Shown here in pieces: positions 38,312 through 52,488 of a DNA stretch of 64,000 nucleotides (within the stretch, counting starts at the first letter, position 1; each line of letters starts with the position of its first letter). The notes beneath the pieces are model-generated. The model saw nothing but the letters and a program-made list of their open reading frames with translations. It was not told the origin of the DNA and did not search any database. Position numbers and translations under genes: made by a program. The stretch is taken from NCBI GenBank assembly GCA_964016885.1, contig OZ024743.1, positions 177,754,001 through 177,818,000 of the forward strand, read 5' to 3'. The stretch is from Eledone cirrhosa (taxonomy: Eukaryota).

Positions 38312-39248
38312 TGTTAACAAAAACACTTATTACAGCTCTGCCTTGACTTCAATTTACTCATTACAAAACATACCAATGAATATGTCATGTAGGATATTTT
38401 GGATTATAATTTCAAAATTTAACCATACACAGCGAAGGATGCTCTCAAAGAATACATTTTCTCATATTCTACTATCATTGTTTTTTTGTTTGTATACAAC
38501 TCTGCTTTCATTACAACTGTTTTTTTACAGATTTGCAACGTGTATTGTCTTTAATCATTTGTATAACTACATCCTGTTCAGTGTTTTCCTTAATTATCAG
38601 CATAGTTTTATGTGTACAAAGATTGCACTAAATATTCGTTTGCATTAATTATTGAAAACTTCTGCTTATTTTGACAGGTTGGGGACAAATAATTTTCTTC
38701 TTTTACTTCCTAGCTGTATATTCTTAGCATAATTTCAAACCCCGAGCAACGCCGGGTAAATCTGCTACTATATATATATATATATATATATTAAAATAAC
38801 AGATTAAAGTTTAAGCAAAGAATCGCTGCTTTCACCCTTAACTGGATCTTCTGAAACTAAAAAAATCAATCTGTTAACGCAGAAGTAAATATTTCGAAAA
38901 ACGTTACACACTATATATATATATATGTACAAACACACTATACAAACACACACACACCGAGTCATAATGACGTAATGCAGACAGCAGACATACAGACAGA
39001 TATTATAAGGGCGCAACGTTATATGTATGTATCTATCTAAAAAGAGAAAGACTAAGAATTATAGAGAGAGATCGCTAAATCGCCTAATGTAGTCCCTAGG
39101 GCATTGAAAATTTGAAATTTATTTCGCTCAAAACACTCACCGGACCATAAGTATTACATGTGTAAAGTTTGAAAAAACTCGGTTGGGTGGTTCTCGAGCT
39201 TTAGTGATTGGACTTACAGACAGACATTCTCTGTTTTAGTAATATAGA

Positions 39249-39560
39249 CTAGCAGAAAACCACCCGGTGGGCGGTTTTCTGCTAGCAAATCTAGTGTATA
39301 TACTGATATTGTTGAGATTTGGATGAGAAATATTTTCGGCACCACATGTGCACCGTCTCTCGGTGTGTCTTTTATGCATGTATAAATATATATGTTATCT
39401 ATACGGTGAAATCTTTGAAATAAATATATGTTAAAACGAAAAAGGAGAAAAAGAGATTAGTGACGGAAATATAAACGTTATGATACATAAACGTTATGAT
39501 ATAACGATGGAAATATATCTTCAAATGGTCCTTGGCATGGTGTCAAGTCAGAACCGCCTC
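39249..39560 (-). mobile_element. Non-autonomous Helitron 3' part, joined to the 5' end of another at 39248
   Basis: Terminal hairpin CTAGCAGAAAACC...GGTTTTCTGCTAG at 39249-39285. Minus-strand junction CTAG|TCTATATTACTAAAACAG. Confidence 0.65.
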
Positions 39561-39569
39561 GAACTGGTT

Positions 39570-39832
39570 ATATATATATATTACACACACAGAAATGTAT
39601 ATATATATTTCTGTGTGTGTATATATATATATATATACACAGAAATGTATATATATTTCTGTGTGTATATATATATATATTACACACACAGAAATGTATA
39701 TATATTTCTGTGTGTATATATATATATTTCTGTGTGTGTATATATATATATATATTACACACACAGAAATGTATATATATTTCTGTGTGTGTATATATAT
39801 ATATTACACACACAGAAATGTATATATATTTC
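39570..39832. repeat. Tandem array of self-complementary units ACACAGAAAT-(TA)n-ATTTCTGTGT
   Basis: About five units read directly. Confidence 0.8.
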
Positions 39833-42212
39833 TTAGAACAAAATTATTATTAATGTTTTGCTGTTCATAACAATTGGAATTGAAAAATTACTTTTGAAAT
39901 TATTAGTTATTTTACTAATGCTTAGATATGTAAAAATGAAGCAATATTTCTAATAATTGTTTCTACTTTTGGCACAAGGCCAGCAATTACCCAGTACATT
40001 ACTGGTACTTTATTTTATCGACCCCGTGAGGATGAAAGGCAAAGTTAACCTCGGCGGTATTTGAACTCAGACCGTAAAGGGACGTAACTCCATACTATGA
40101 ACCATGGTGTCCGACTCCCTACAGATTCTGCCAATCCACCGCCCTAATGTCTGTACGTAATGAGGGAGTGAGAGGGGAGAGAAAGAAAGGCAGAGGTGAA
40201 GTGACGAAGTGACTCTCTCCTCCTCCTCCTCCTCCATCTCCCCATTCGTCACAGCGATAGAGGGGAGGAATGTTAGTGTGTTACAAAGAGAAAGAGTGAG
40301 AGTGAGAGAAACAGACAAACTAAAAGAGAGGGATAGCTGGAGAGAAAGAGAGAGATAGCAACCACGCGCGCACGTGTTTCCACTGTCGGACAGACAGACA
40401 GACAGACAGACAGAGAAATTGCTGGTTATATATTATAAGGAGATTACTAGTGACAAAATAATAATTTTTAATGGTTGGAAGGCCAAAGAATGCGTATGAA
40501 GAATTAAACCGTCAAATGTATTTTCACTGAACTACTAAGGATTTCGTTTTCAATAAAGATTGTTCGACCGTTAATAAACGCTATAAAGGTTTCGCTAACA
40601 TATTTTTCAAATTCTGTAAGCTCACAATGAGGAGAGAAAAAGACATCGGTTCCTTCTCAGAGCTTCGCTTCAACTAACGTTTATGCTTTTTCTAACTTCA
40701 ACCTTTAACCAGCACTAAACCGTTCCTGGCTAACAAAATTAAACATCTTGTAGTGATTCATTGTTGAATGCTTTTTAACACTAAACATTCTGAATAAAAC
40801 ACATTTTAATTATTTATACACTCAAGAGGTTTTGAGACTTTTATCAGAGAGAAATATATTTAACTCTGATCCACACAAAACTCAAGTTTCCCTTGTAGCC
40901 CACCAAAGTGAAGGTGCTCAGGGCGCTTGTCTAATCATTTTAAATTGTTATTATTTTACCCGTATACTAGCGGTGGATTGGCAGTATCGGTAGAGGGTCG
41001 GACGCTATGCTTTGCAGCATAGAATTACGGCCCTTTACGGTCTAAGTTCAAATTCCGCCGAGGTTAACTTTGCCTTTCATCCTTACGGGGTCGATAAATA
41101 AAGTACCAGTAATGCACTGGGATAATTTTTGGCCTTGTGCCAAAAGTAGTAGCAATTATTTTACCCGTATTCTGTCATATCTGTCCTGTGTATGTGTTGT
41201 GTTGTTCTTGGTGTTGTTTCTGTTACATTGAAAGTAATATGTGTGTAGTGCCTAGCAGTGCTATCTTCTGTATGCTATGCTGTATATATTTGTAAGTGCC
41301 GAGGTTTGGGATATGTTTATGTCTGTATGTGTTTGTTTTATCATTTCCACAGCACTTATTATAGAAATTGTTAGAGCAGTTCTTTAAGGTCTGAGTTCAA
41401 ATCCCGCCGAGGTTAGCTTTGCTTTTCATCCTTACGGGGTCGATAAAATAAAACACCAATAATGCACTGAGGTCGATATAATCGACCCACCACCCGCCAA
41501 ATTGCTGGCCTTGTGCCTATACAAGAAATCCTTGTTATTATTATTATTGATGTAAGGGCAGTGGATTGGCAGTATCAGCAGAGGGTCGGACGCCATGCTT
41601 TGGCGCAAAGAGTTACGTCCCTTTACGATCTCAGTTCAAGTCCCAAAAGTAGAAACAATTATTATTATTGATGTTGTGGTTGTTGTCGTCCTCGTTGTTG
41701 TCGTTATTTCTTTAAGTATTTTATACTATCACTAGCTATTTAAATATCTCTAATCCAGGACAAGAGAGAAGTAGAATGGTTTATTTAACTAGAGAGGGTT
41801 TTAAAAGCAACTTATTTATAGCGAGAAACGTATTGTTTGTACATATAACATGGTATTGGATATTGATTTCTGTGTTTATATCTTTATGCGAGATAAGCTC
41901 TGGATTAGGTTATTCGGTGATTTTAGGATTTCATTAAGTGGGATAGTGTTTTAGATTAGGTTAATAATTGTTTCTACTGTGGGCACAAGGCCATTACTGG
42001 TACTTCATTTTATCGACCCCGTAAGGATGAAAGGCAAAGTTAACCTCCGCGGGATTTGAACTGAGATCGTAAAGGTTAATAATGTTTTAGATTAGGTTAA
42101 TTTGTGATTCCCAAACGGTGATGTCGAAAAACTATACAACCGTTGCCTGGTTGAAAACCAATTTATGACGATTTATCAAACACGTCGTCGTCATCGTCGT
42201 CGTCAACGCCAC

Positions 42213-42680
42213 CTTCTTCTTCTTCTTCTTCTTCTTCTTCTTCTTCTTCTTCTTCTTCTTCTTCTACCCTTGGGTCTCCCACCGGTTGGTTTTGCCCGTA
42301 AAATCTGTCCAGCGATTCTTTCCTGAAACATTCTAACCACATGCCTATTTTCTCGGAGCTGTGATCTCTCAATTTGGAGAAGTAGCGGCTATGCCTGGAG
42401 CAATTCACTGATCTCGCAGCTACGCACTCTATCGAGTAATGTCACTCCAAATATCATTCGGGGTAACCCCATTTCAACCGCTTGTATATGCGATCGTATT
42501 CTTTCGGTCATTACCCATGGTTCATGACCATAGATAAGGGTTGGCACGAATACCAAATTGAGTTTGGCTTTTACGCCTACCTCCATTCTTCTGATTATTG
42601 AATGTTGAAGCTGGCGCGTTACTCTAAAAGCTCATGCAATTCTTGCACTTAACCTCTTGCCTTCCACCACTCATGAACAC
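42213..42680 (-). mobile_element. RTE LINE 3' fragment with (GAA)n tail
   Basis: FVPTLIYGHEPWVMTERIRSHIQAVEMG...GVTLLDRVRSCEI, followed by the (TTC)n tract at 42213-42265. Confidence 0.8.
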
Positions 42681-43639
42681 GGAATATTCTTGTTTCAAAC
42701 ATGTCATTATCAAAAATATTTAAACCAAATTCTGGGCTAGATAATTAACTACTGTCCTACGTCAGCTGATTTAACGTATCTCATACAAACAAATAAACAC
42801 AATCTAGCATAGTTACGTCCCTTTACAGTCTGAGTTCAAATCCCGCCGAGGCTAACTTTGCCTTTCATCCTTACGGGGTCGATAAAATAAAGTACCAGTA
42901 ATGTACTGGGTATTTGCTGGCCTTGTGCCTAAAGTAGAAACAATTATTGCCTTCCTTGCTATCTATATACTCTCTAAAATAGTTAAACATTATCTCCAAT
43001 ACCGTTGCTTGGATACTATACATCGTTGATGTTTGACCTCACGTGTATAAAAACAGACTCTTGTTTCCTTGTGACTTGTTATTTTCTCACCACATTTGTA
43101 TTCACACCTAACAACTTAATCCACCTTCACCTCATGATTCTATACACTTACGCACATACTCTACACTTTTCAACATCAATTGAAAGTATTTAGTGAAAAC
43201 AAGATTCAAATCACATCAACAAACAGCACACACGTATCCTACCGTATGCTATCTATATCACACGGTTATACACAAACACAATTTAAATTACACACACACA
43301 CACACTCACACACAGACACAGATACCCACACATAGACACACACAGTATCTCTCTCCCTCTCCCTCTCTCTCCGGATATATACAACTGCAACAACATTTCT
43401 TAAACACAATATCACACACCTAAACGCATGTACGCCCCAAAACATATACTCATATACAAGTTATTTCACATATGTCTATACCCTTAGGCAACATACATAC
43501 GTGAAGGCATCATTATACACATCCATATTCCTACAACATACGTATCCATATAGACATATCTTAGCACAGGTTCATTACACACATACACACGTTTAGAGTC
43601 AATGCAAACATTAAAATACAAAATACAAACACTAAAAGA

Positions 43640-43925
43640 CAAAAGTCTACCCCGAGCCCAGAGGCTCATCAGGTCAATGCTTATCCCGGTTTCCATGGCA
43701 TTAAGCGACTTAGAGTACAACACCCCACCGCCTGGACATGACGCCAGTCCATCGCAGAGTTTAACCCCCATCTATTGATGGTACTCATTTTCAGCTGAGT
43801 ATACTGGAACAACGTGAAATCAAATGTTTTCCTCAAGAACACAACACACAAACCAGTCAAGGAATCGAACCCACGATATTATGATCGTACATCAAAACAC
43901 CCTTACTATTAAGCCACACATTCCC
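43640..43925 (-). mobile_element. tRNA-derived SINE, second family
   Basis: Minus strand shows GTGTGGCTTAATAG (box A-like), GGGTTCGATTCC (box B), CTCAGCTGAAAATGAGTACC core, and GAAACCGGGATAAGC tail. Confidence 0.65.
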
Positions 43926-44868
43926 ACAAATCCTGTTCTGATGTCACATCAGGCTTTTCATCCATGCACAACTTCCTTCCCGCATTCTTAATTGTTTCTA
44001 CTATAAGCACAAGGCCAGCAATTACCCAGTGCATTACTGGTACTTTATTTCATCGACCCCGTAAGGATGAAAAGCAAAGTTAACCTCGGCGGAATTTGAA
44101 CTCAGAACGGCAAGGGCCGTAACTCGATGCATCAAAGCATGGTATCCGACCCTCTACCGATATAGCCAATCTACCATTCTTAGTAATGGTTCCTGATGTA
44201 GGCAAAAAGCCAACAATTTGGGGTGAAGGGGAAAATCGATTAAATTGACCCAGTGTCTTACTGGTACTTTATTTTATCGACCCCGTAAGGATGAGAGGCA
44301 AATCTAACCTCGGTGGGATTTGAACTCAGAACGTAAAGAGACGTAAGTCTATGTCATGAAGCAGGGACCCGACGCTCTACCAATACTGCTAATCCAGTGT
44401 ACTCCACATTATAACATTTTCCTTTTGTTCCATTTCTCTCATATTTTAAAGAGATCCCTCTCAGAGTCTTACAATCTCTCTCAGTTTTTGACAGTCCCCT
44501 CGTTTCTTATACTATCCTTTCTAGTTCCATGAAGGAATAACGTCTGAAATAATAACATTCATCGTACCGTGTCGCTTACAGGTTGTGGATTAACTGTTTT
44601 CTGGCAGTTGTTCACCTTGCCCTATATATATATATATGTCCTGGGTATGGCATTAAACTGCATCCAGTTGCAAGGCTCTAGTTCAGGAGTTCAGGAGCTG
44701 CGGGGAATGTGGAGTTACCCCTTAGTTGTTATCACTCCCAGGTCTGCCCTGGCTCGGAGTAGTAGTATATGTTAGGGTCCCATTTATGGGTTAAATAATT
44801 ACCTTATTCGAGTGGCGCCGGTAAGTTATTATAAGTCATTGAAAAGAACATATCGGGAAGTTTACCCG

Positions 44869-44921
<53 letters not shown>

Positions 44922-44980
44922 GTAATTCCGTCGGAAAGGTCCAAGAAAAAAGAGTGCTCTATGTTACAGAGCTTATTACA

Positions 44981-45027
<47 letters not shown>

Positions 45028-45136
45028 CTGTGTATGTGTGTGTGTGTGTCGGGATGTGGTTGACGGCTGAGAGAAAGGAGTACACAACACACAAGTTGAA
45101 TTGTAATATTAATTTTATTAAGGTTAAATAATGAGT

Positions 45137-45184
45137 CTTGTTATTCTGGAGTTTCGCCTGTTTATCCCAGAATCATTAGACAAG
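45137..45184 (-). ncRNA. Degenerate hammerhead in a small foldback (inverted arms 45113-45154 / 45199-45240)
   Basis: Minus strand CUUGU-CUAAUGA-..UCUG ggauaaa CAGG C-GAAAC-uccaga-AUA-ACAAG. The inverted arm keeps GUA at the cleavage triplet. Confidence 0.55.
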
Positions 45185-46064
45185 GTGACCATCTTCATAA
45201 ACTCCAGAGTAACAAGACTTACTAGTCAGCCTCAATAAAATGTATATGTATATATATATATATATATGGTCTAGGGCATTGAAACAAGAGAAGCAGAACT
45301 TACTAAAGCCGATGACCATAGAAGTCTTGTGTCTATTGCTAATTTTGATAAATTATCTGGGATGTAAAAGGCCCTCACTTATCTTCCTGTTTTGAGTCAT
45401 TCATTAATTTTAAGACAAAAAAACAAGTGATAGGTGACCCAAGGGCAGACTGCGAGCATGATGGTTGGATAACATCTATGAATTCAGTTGGTCTAGCTTG
45501 GGGATCCAGCCGGATCAGATGGAGACGGTTGCTTCTTACAGGACCCACTGGGAAGAGTATTTGAGGACTTTGTCCTCAGGGCCCTGTACACTGTACCCAC
45601 GACCCTCGCAAGAAGAAGAAGAAGAAGAAGAAGAAGAAGAAGAAGAAGAAGAAGAAGAAGAAGAACATTCTCCTCTTCCATCAGGTTACCCTTGTGTTCT
45701 TTCTTCTCCGTACAGCCACACCGTTTAAACAAAGCTATTACTATTAGCGCAGCTTTTCCTTTTTTCGTGCCCACTATTTTGTGAATGGTTTTGTCTCCAT
45801 GTGACTAACTGACCCTATTTGTCACATATTGCTTTACTTATGTCACATATTGCTTAACTTATGTCATATATTATTTAACTTATTCTGTCCTCACCAGTAA
45901 CTTCACGTAACATCTGTTCTGTCTTCGTTTTGTGAAATAGTCCAGGACAGCTATCAGTTATCATATATAACCCGGTGACCCTGATTAGCGGTACTGTCGA
46001 TAGGGGTCGCAACTGCAATATTATCTGTAACGCACTAGCTTCCTCTTTCTGTTACTTTCTTTAG

Positions 46065-46169
<105 letters not shown>

Positions 46170-46271
46170 TATAAATAATGGTTATAATGCGCCGAAACAT
46201 CCATCATCTGTATTGAACAGCTGACGAAGTGAAACTTTTCATCTCTTGTTTGTGTCCCTTACCTTCTAACA

Positions 46272-46923
<652 letters not shown>

Positions 46924-46988
46924 TACACTGCTCAGGGGGTATTTTCCTCCTTCGAGCTAATTCCATTGTAAAAGAATTCATTACCTTA

Positions 46989-47082
<94 letters not shown>

Positions 47083-47157
47083 TTATATATATATATATAT
47101 TATATATATACATATATTATATATATATATATATTTTTCCGATGGAATTACTTCATT

Positions 47158-47277
<120 letters not shown>

Positions 47278-47532
47278 TATTGAGTTAGAAACTCAAAATA
47301 GTCTCTTACAATTAAATAGATCAAAGAAAGAAGTTTTATCTGAGCCGTGTAATAAAATTGAATATACAGGAGAGATAAACACAAATATAAACATACATGT
47401 GTTCGAATTGTTAGGGACCAAGTCCACTAGGGGGAGAAGAATACTAACTATAACAATATGGCTTGCCAGACTCAATTTAAAGTAATAAATCAAGAAAATG
47501 AAGAACAAACCTATATTGGGCAACTGCCTGAA

Positions 47533-47611
47533 ACACCCAGACGGCTTTGGTAGCTGTTTCGAAATTTATTTAGCGAAGGAAATCACGAATCTGCTGCTCT
47601 TCAGTGGGTGT
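47533..47611 (-). ncRNA. Type I hammerhead ribozyme
   Basis: Minus strand ACACCCA-CUGAAGA-G...C-GAAAC-AGCU accaa AGCC-GUC-UGGGUGU, with a 7-bp stem I. Confidence 0.8.
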
Positions 47612-47751
47612 AAAATTAATAATCACTCCACTTCTAAGTATATCATGAAGACTGAATAGTGTGCGAATATGAAATAACGCACATGGCATCAGAACCTAGC
47701 GTGTCTCATAAACATACGCTGCTAAAAATAGCTAGGTTCTGATGCCATGTG

Positions 47752-48830
47752 GCGCATACAATAGTCCACTGTGATGATAAAAAGGTAGGGAGCCAATGGA
47801 TCTCCCTGGAGCACTCCAGTCAGTATCTCAAAGAACTCGGTCATCGCATCAGGTGTAATAACTTGGGCTCTGGTGTTGGTGTAGAGCAATGATATCAGGT
47901 CCACTAACTTCTTGGGAATTCCATAAGCCTGTAAGATCTTCATCAGGCAGTGATGGTCCACAGAATCAAAGGCCTTCCTAAAGTCGATGAAAACCATGAC
48001 AGCAGGAAGGCTCTTTGCTCTAGCTCCCTCTAATATCCTCCTCAACATCAGGATGTGACTAATGGTTGATCTTCCTTCTCTGAAGCCCTTCTGGTTGTCC
48101 CTGAGCTTCTTTTCCAAACGGGCTGGATCCTGTTAAGAATGATCCTGTTGAGGATCTTTGCCACAAATGACGTCAGTGAGATACACCTGTCATTATTGGC
48201 GTTCGAGAGATCTCCCTTCTTTGGCTCTCTCCACACTTCTGATCTTCTCTATCAGCTCCTCCTCTCTGGCCTCAGTGTAAGCGGTACAGAGTTCTTCCTT
48301 CATCGCTTCCATATTCTTCTTCCTTTCCTCTGTAGGATCAGCATGGAATTGGTCCTTGGCAGCATTCAGGTGTTTTCGGGCTGCACACACCTTTGGTTCC
48401 ACATAGCTGACGTACTTCCTCTTCTTCACTCTCCTCTGCACCAGGGCCTCAGTTGCTTCTGCCACTGCAGTGATGAAGTACTCGTACCTCCTCATCACAC
48501 TCTCCTCAGTCCCACTTCAGAGCACTGAACCTCTTCCTCACTTATACTGTGTACTTTTTCCTGTAGCTTATCATCTTCCTTGAAAGCTCCCCAGTTATAA
48601 ATTGCTCTCCGGGGCTGAGCCTTACTCTTTCTTAAGCTCACCCGAATCTCACTTATAACAAGTCGGTGGTCACTACACAGTGTACTGAAATAATTGTATG
48701 GTTCTGTTTTCAGAACACTATTCCGCCACTTCTTCCTCACCAGAATGAAATCAATCTGGGACTTGGACAAGTGCATATCAGAAATGTAGGTCCACATATT
48801 CCCCGGATTCTTCCTAAACCTTAGGTTAAA
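47752..48830 (-). pseudogene. RTE-clade LINE ORF fragment (end of endonuclease plus RT), internally deleted
   Basis: QIDFILV...SDHRLV, KKGDLS...ISLTS, NQKGFREGRST, FIDFRKAFDSV and GVLQGDPLAPYLF. Confidence 0.85.
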
Positions 48831-48859
48831 ATCAGCACTCTGAATGTGAGACGTTAGAG

Positions 48860-49162
48860 AAGAGAGAGAACTTTGGTCATCTGTTTGAGGAGAGTGGTAT
48901 GCAGATACTTGCGATCCAAGAGCACGGGATCCTATATGTTGAGCCCGTGATTAGAGTGATGATTGGAAAGAGAAGCCTGCTCATCAACACATCAGCAGTG
49001 AGGAACACAGCTAATACTGCAGTAGGAGGAGTGAGTTTTGTGTTTCAGTGCAACAGCCCATCTATTAGTGAGGGAAATCATACCTGTCTCCTCATGAGTA
49101 TTGAGGGTGATCTTCAATGGAAACCCAAGGCTGACAGTCATCTCAGTCTATAGTCCCACCGA
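48860..49162 (+). pseudogene. APE endonuclease N-terminal fragment in opposite orientation
   Basis: ILAIQEH, VGGVSF and GNPRLTVISVYSPT. Confidence 0.7.
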
Positions 49163-49191
49163 ACGAGACAGCGAGTTGAATATATATATAC

Positions 49192-49315
<124 letters not shown>

Positions 49316-50002
49316 AACTTGATTAACCTTGGTTATATCACGAAACGTTGTTAAAGAAAACGACATCATAAAATTTATATGAATTCAATTTAGGAATGTG
49401 ATAACCATCTTTTTTGCTTGTTTTGGTTTTGTTTTCAGTATATTATTTAATCTATCATTATATTTAGCATTGATATAATACCGAAGCCAAAAGTCAACTA
49501 ACACCCACTGTTGTTTTAATATTAGATTAAATCTGTATCAGTCTATACTACATATATTGTAAACAACATTGTATTATGTCTTACTGTTAATTATCGCAAT
49601 TAATCAACGTAATATTCAAGATTGTTTGGAATTAATACATCGACAATATGTTTGAGTTTCTTCTCAACTTTCTTCACATTAATATTGTCAGAAGGTATTC
49701 ATAGGGGCGAGTTTGCTTTGCCAACCTACTCATCTATGATATGGTATATGTACGAGTACCAGTCAAGTACTGAAGTAGATTCTTCCTCTATATATTTCTC
49801 GCTTCCTCTCTCACTCTCTCAATACTTTCCTGGAAGAACTCTGCTGTATTCAGTCCTTGAGAGGAGATCGACTCCGCCAGGCTTTATATTATATAGAAAC
49901 ACCATGTGTCAATACAGTGCCCCTATAACTCCATCAGAAGTTAAGGGACCATACATATATATAAGATGCTTAAGAATATTGCGGTAACATCTCATTTCTA
50001 GG

Positions 50003-50632
50003 GCCTGCATCATTGCGGTGATGCTTCATGTCTAATATGTATACAAGATAGAGATCAGTAGGGCATGCATCACAGCGGTGATGCTTCATGTCTAACATGT
50101 ATACAAGATAGAGATCAGCAGTGCCTGCATCACAGCGGTGATGCTTCATGTCTAACATGTATACAAGATAGAGATCAGCAGTGCCTGCATCACAGCGGTG
50201 ATGCTTCATGTCTAACATGTATACAACAAGATAGAGATCAGCAGTGCCTGCATCATTGCGGTGATGCTTCATGTCTAACATGTATACAACAAGATAGAGA
50301 TCAGCAGTGCCTGCATCATTGCGGTGATGCTTCATGTCTAACATGTATACAACAAGATAGAGATCAGCAGTGCCTGCATCATTGCGGTGATGCTTCATGT
50401 CTAACATGTATACAACAAGATAGAGATCAGCAGTGCCTGCATCATTGCGGTGATGCTTCATGTCTAACATGTATACAACAAGATAGAGATCAGCAGTGCC
50501 TGCATCATTGCGGTGATGCTTCATGTCTAACATGTATACAACAAGATAGAGATCAGCAGTGCCTGCATCATTGCGGTGATGCTTCATGTCTAACATGTAT
50601 ACAACAAGATAGAGATCAGCAGTGCATGCATC
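50003..50632. repeat. 57/60-bp minisatellite, ~10.5 units
   Basis: Unit GCCTGCATCATTGCGGTGATGCTTCATGTCTAACATGTATACAACAAGATAGAGATCAGCAGT. The first three units lack 3 bp. Confidence 0.95.
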
Positions 50633-51003
50633 ACTCTGGGCTTATTATTCATGGTGAGGTTCTACATGTCGTGATTACTACATTCATCATTTGCGGGCTT
50701 CTTGTAAGGATTTCTGATAGAGACTATATCAAATTTCTTAAATAAGACGAACAATTCATTGTCTTTTCCTGAGAGGCCGTCATGATCGTCTGTAATCTTA
50801 GGTTTGAGATATTCCTCTTTTCTGCGTCTCCTGCGTTCATTGTTCCCACATGAAGAGGTACTGTATTGATTGCCTTGTCATCTAGTTTCTATATAATATG
50901 ACACAACTGTTACCATATGTTAAATTTATTCATGACGACCTACATTGCTTAATGCTTAATATATCGGATACTTTCTTGAAGTCTATGAACACATGGTATA
51001 TCC

Positions 51004-51495
51004 CAGAGATGAGGAACATGTTGCCTTAGGGCCGCATGTGACCTTCTATGCCATTCTGTGCGGCCTTTTAAAAGAAAAAAACATTTCCAACAATTTTTAA
51101 ATTTTTATTAATATGTTTTTGTCTATCTGTTATTATTTAAATTTAAACCATAAGATGAACATATTTTAGATACCAAAGTGTAAAAAAAAATTTCAATAAA
51201 ATAATCCACACTGACAGACAGCCAGAATTTAAAAAAAAATAGTAAATCATAAGGGCCATTTCAGCGCTTTCTAAGCTTGTTTTAGTTCTAATACGATTCT
51301 AGAATGTTCATTAAATTCCCACTTGACAGGAACCATTATCATCCGAAGCCGGTTGGTGAGAACACACGGCGATTTAGTATAGCACTAATTATCAGAATTG
51401 GACAATTATGTAATTATGGTTTCTGAAATGCGGCCTTATTATATTACAAGTAACTTAATGCGGCTTATCAGCATAAAAGGGTTTCCCCAACTTTG
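51004..51495. mobile_element. hAT-type MITE
   Basis: Degenerate TIRs CAGAGATGAGGAAC / GTTTCCCCAACTTTG, subterminal GCGGCC motifs, and an 8-bp TSD GTATATCC / GTATAGCC. Confidence 0.7.
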
Positions 51496-51851
51496 GTATA
51501 GCCCTTTCTGATGTTGACGTTATTGCTCACAGCGAGTGCGAAGGCTGAAGTTGTGTTCAGCAGTTCTTCCTTTACCAATTGTTTATGCATCAGATTTCAT
51601 TCTATTGCGAATGACGTTGGGCATTATCTGGCTTTCATGAGTGATTTTGATCATGATGAGGTATTTCTGGCATAGTGAGAGGTAGATACATTTACGTGAT
51701 TGTGTTTGTTAGTTTTTATGTTTGTGTAGGTACATATATGCATATATATATATATATATATAATAGAAAAATTTGAACAGGGACAAAACAGAGAGGCAGT
51801 ACAACGAATGTTTATTAATTTCACGCTCTGGAGAGTGGGGTGTTGGTGGGG

Positions 51852-51882
51852 GACGACGTTTCGGGCATAAGCCCTTCCTCAG
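51852..51882 (-). ncRNA. Hammerhead core lacking a visible stem I, in a pLTR-like insert
   Basis: Minus strand CUGAGGA-A-GGGC uuau GCCC-GAAAC-guc-GUC. Confidence 0.5.
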
Positions 51883-52114
51883 GTGAGAAGTGTGTGGGAA
51901 CAGAGTTCAAAGGGTGTGTAGGGGAGTGGTGGAGAGACATATAGCGAAAGGAAACGGTGCGAATGAAAAAAATAAAAATAAAAATAAAAATAAAGCATGA
52001 TCAAAATACAAGGAATGAAATAAATTTGAATATAAAAGCATGATCAAAATAAACTGAAATTAAAAGGGGGGTAAATATATATATTATATATATATATATA
52101 TATTATATATATAT

Positions 52115-52400
52115 AGGAAAAGAGTGAAGACCCCGACGGCTGAGCTCCGGCCGTTTCGACAGCTAGATCCAAACTAACCCAGCAGGTTTATATATATATA
52201 ACGAAGGAAATGTGGTAAGGAACCAGGTGGACCATAACGCACCAAAGTACTCAATACTTGGGGTAGTAGAGTGGGTAATAGGAACCAGTAAGACCCCGAC
52301 AGCTGAGCTCAAGCCGTTTCGACGGCTAATTCTGGACAAAATTCTGTCCAGAATTAGCCGTCGAAACGGCTTGAGCTCAGCTGTCGGGGTCTTACTGGTT

Positions 52401-52488
<88 letters not shown>

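Larger units (their letters stand above)
33915..38768 (+). mobile_element. Helitron, autonomous-derived and decayed
   Basis: 5' TCTATATATATAA..GCGAGGATG starts at 33915 and 34107. 3' CCCG-AGCAACGC-CGGG hairpin followed by CTAC|T. Confidence 0.8.

Noticed and set aside
50003-50632. CRISPR-like regular repeats
   Set aside because: Units are contiguous with no unique spacers, there are no cas genes, and the context is eukaryotic. It is a minisatellite.
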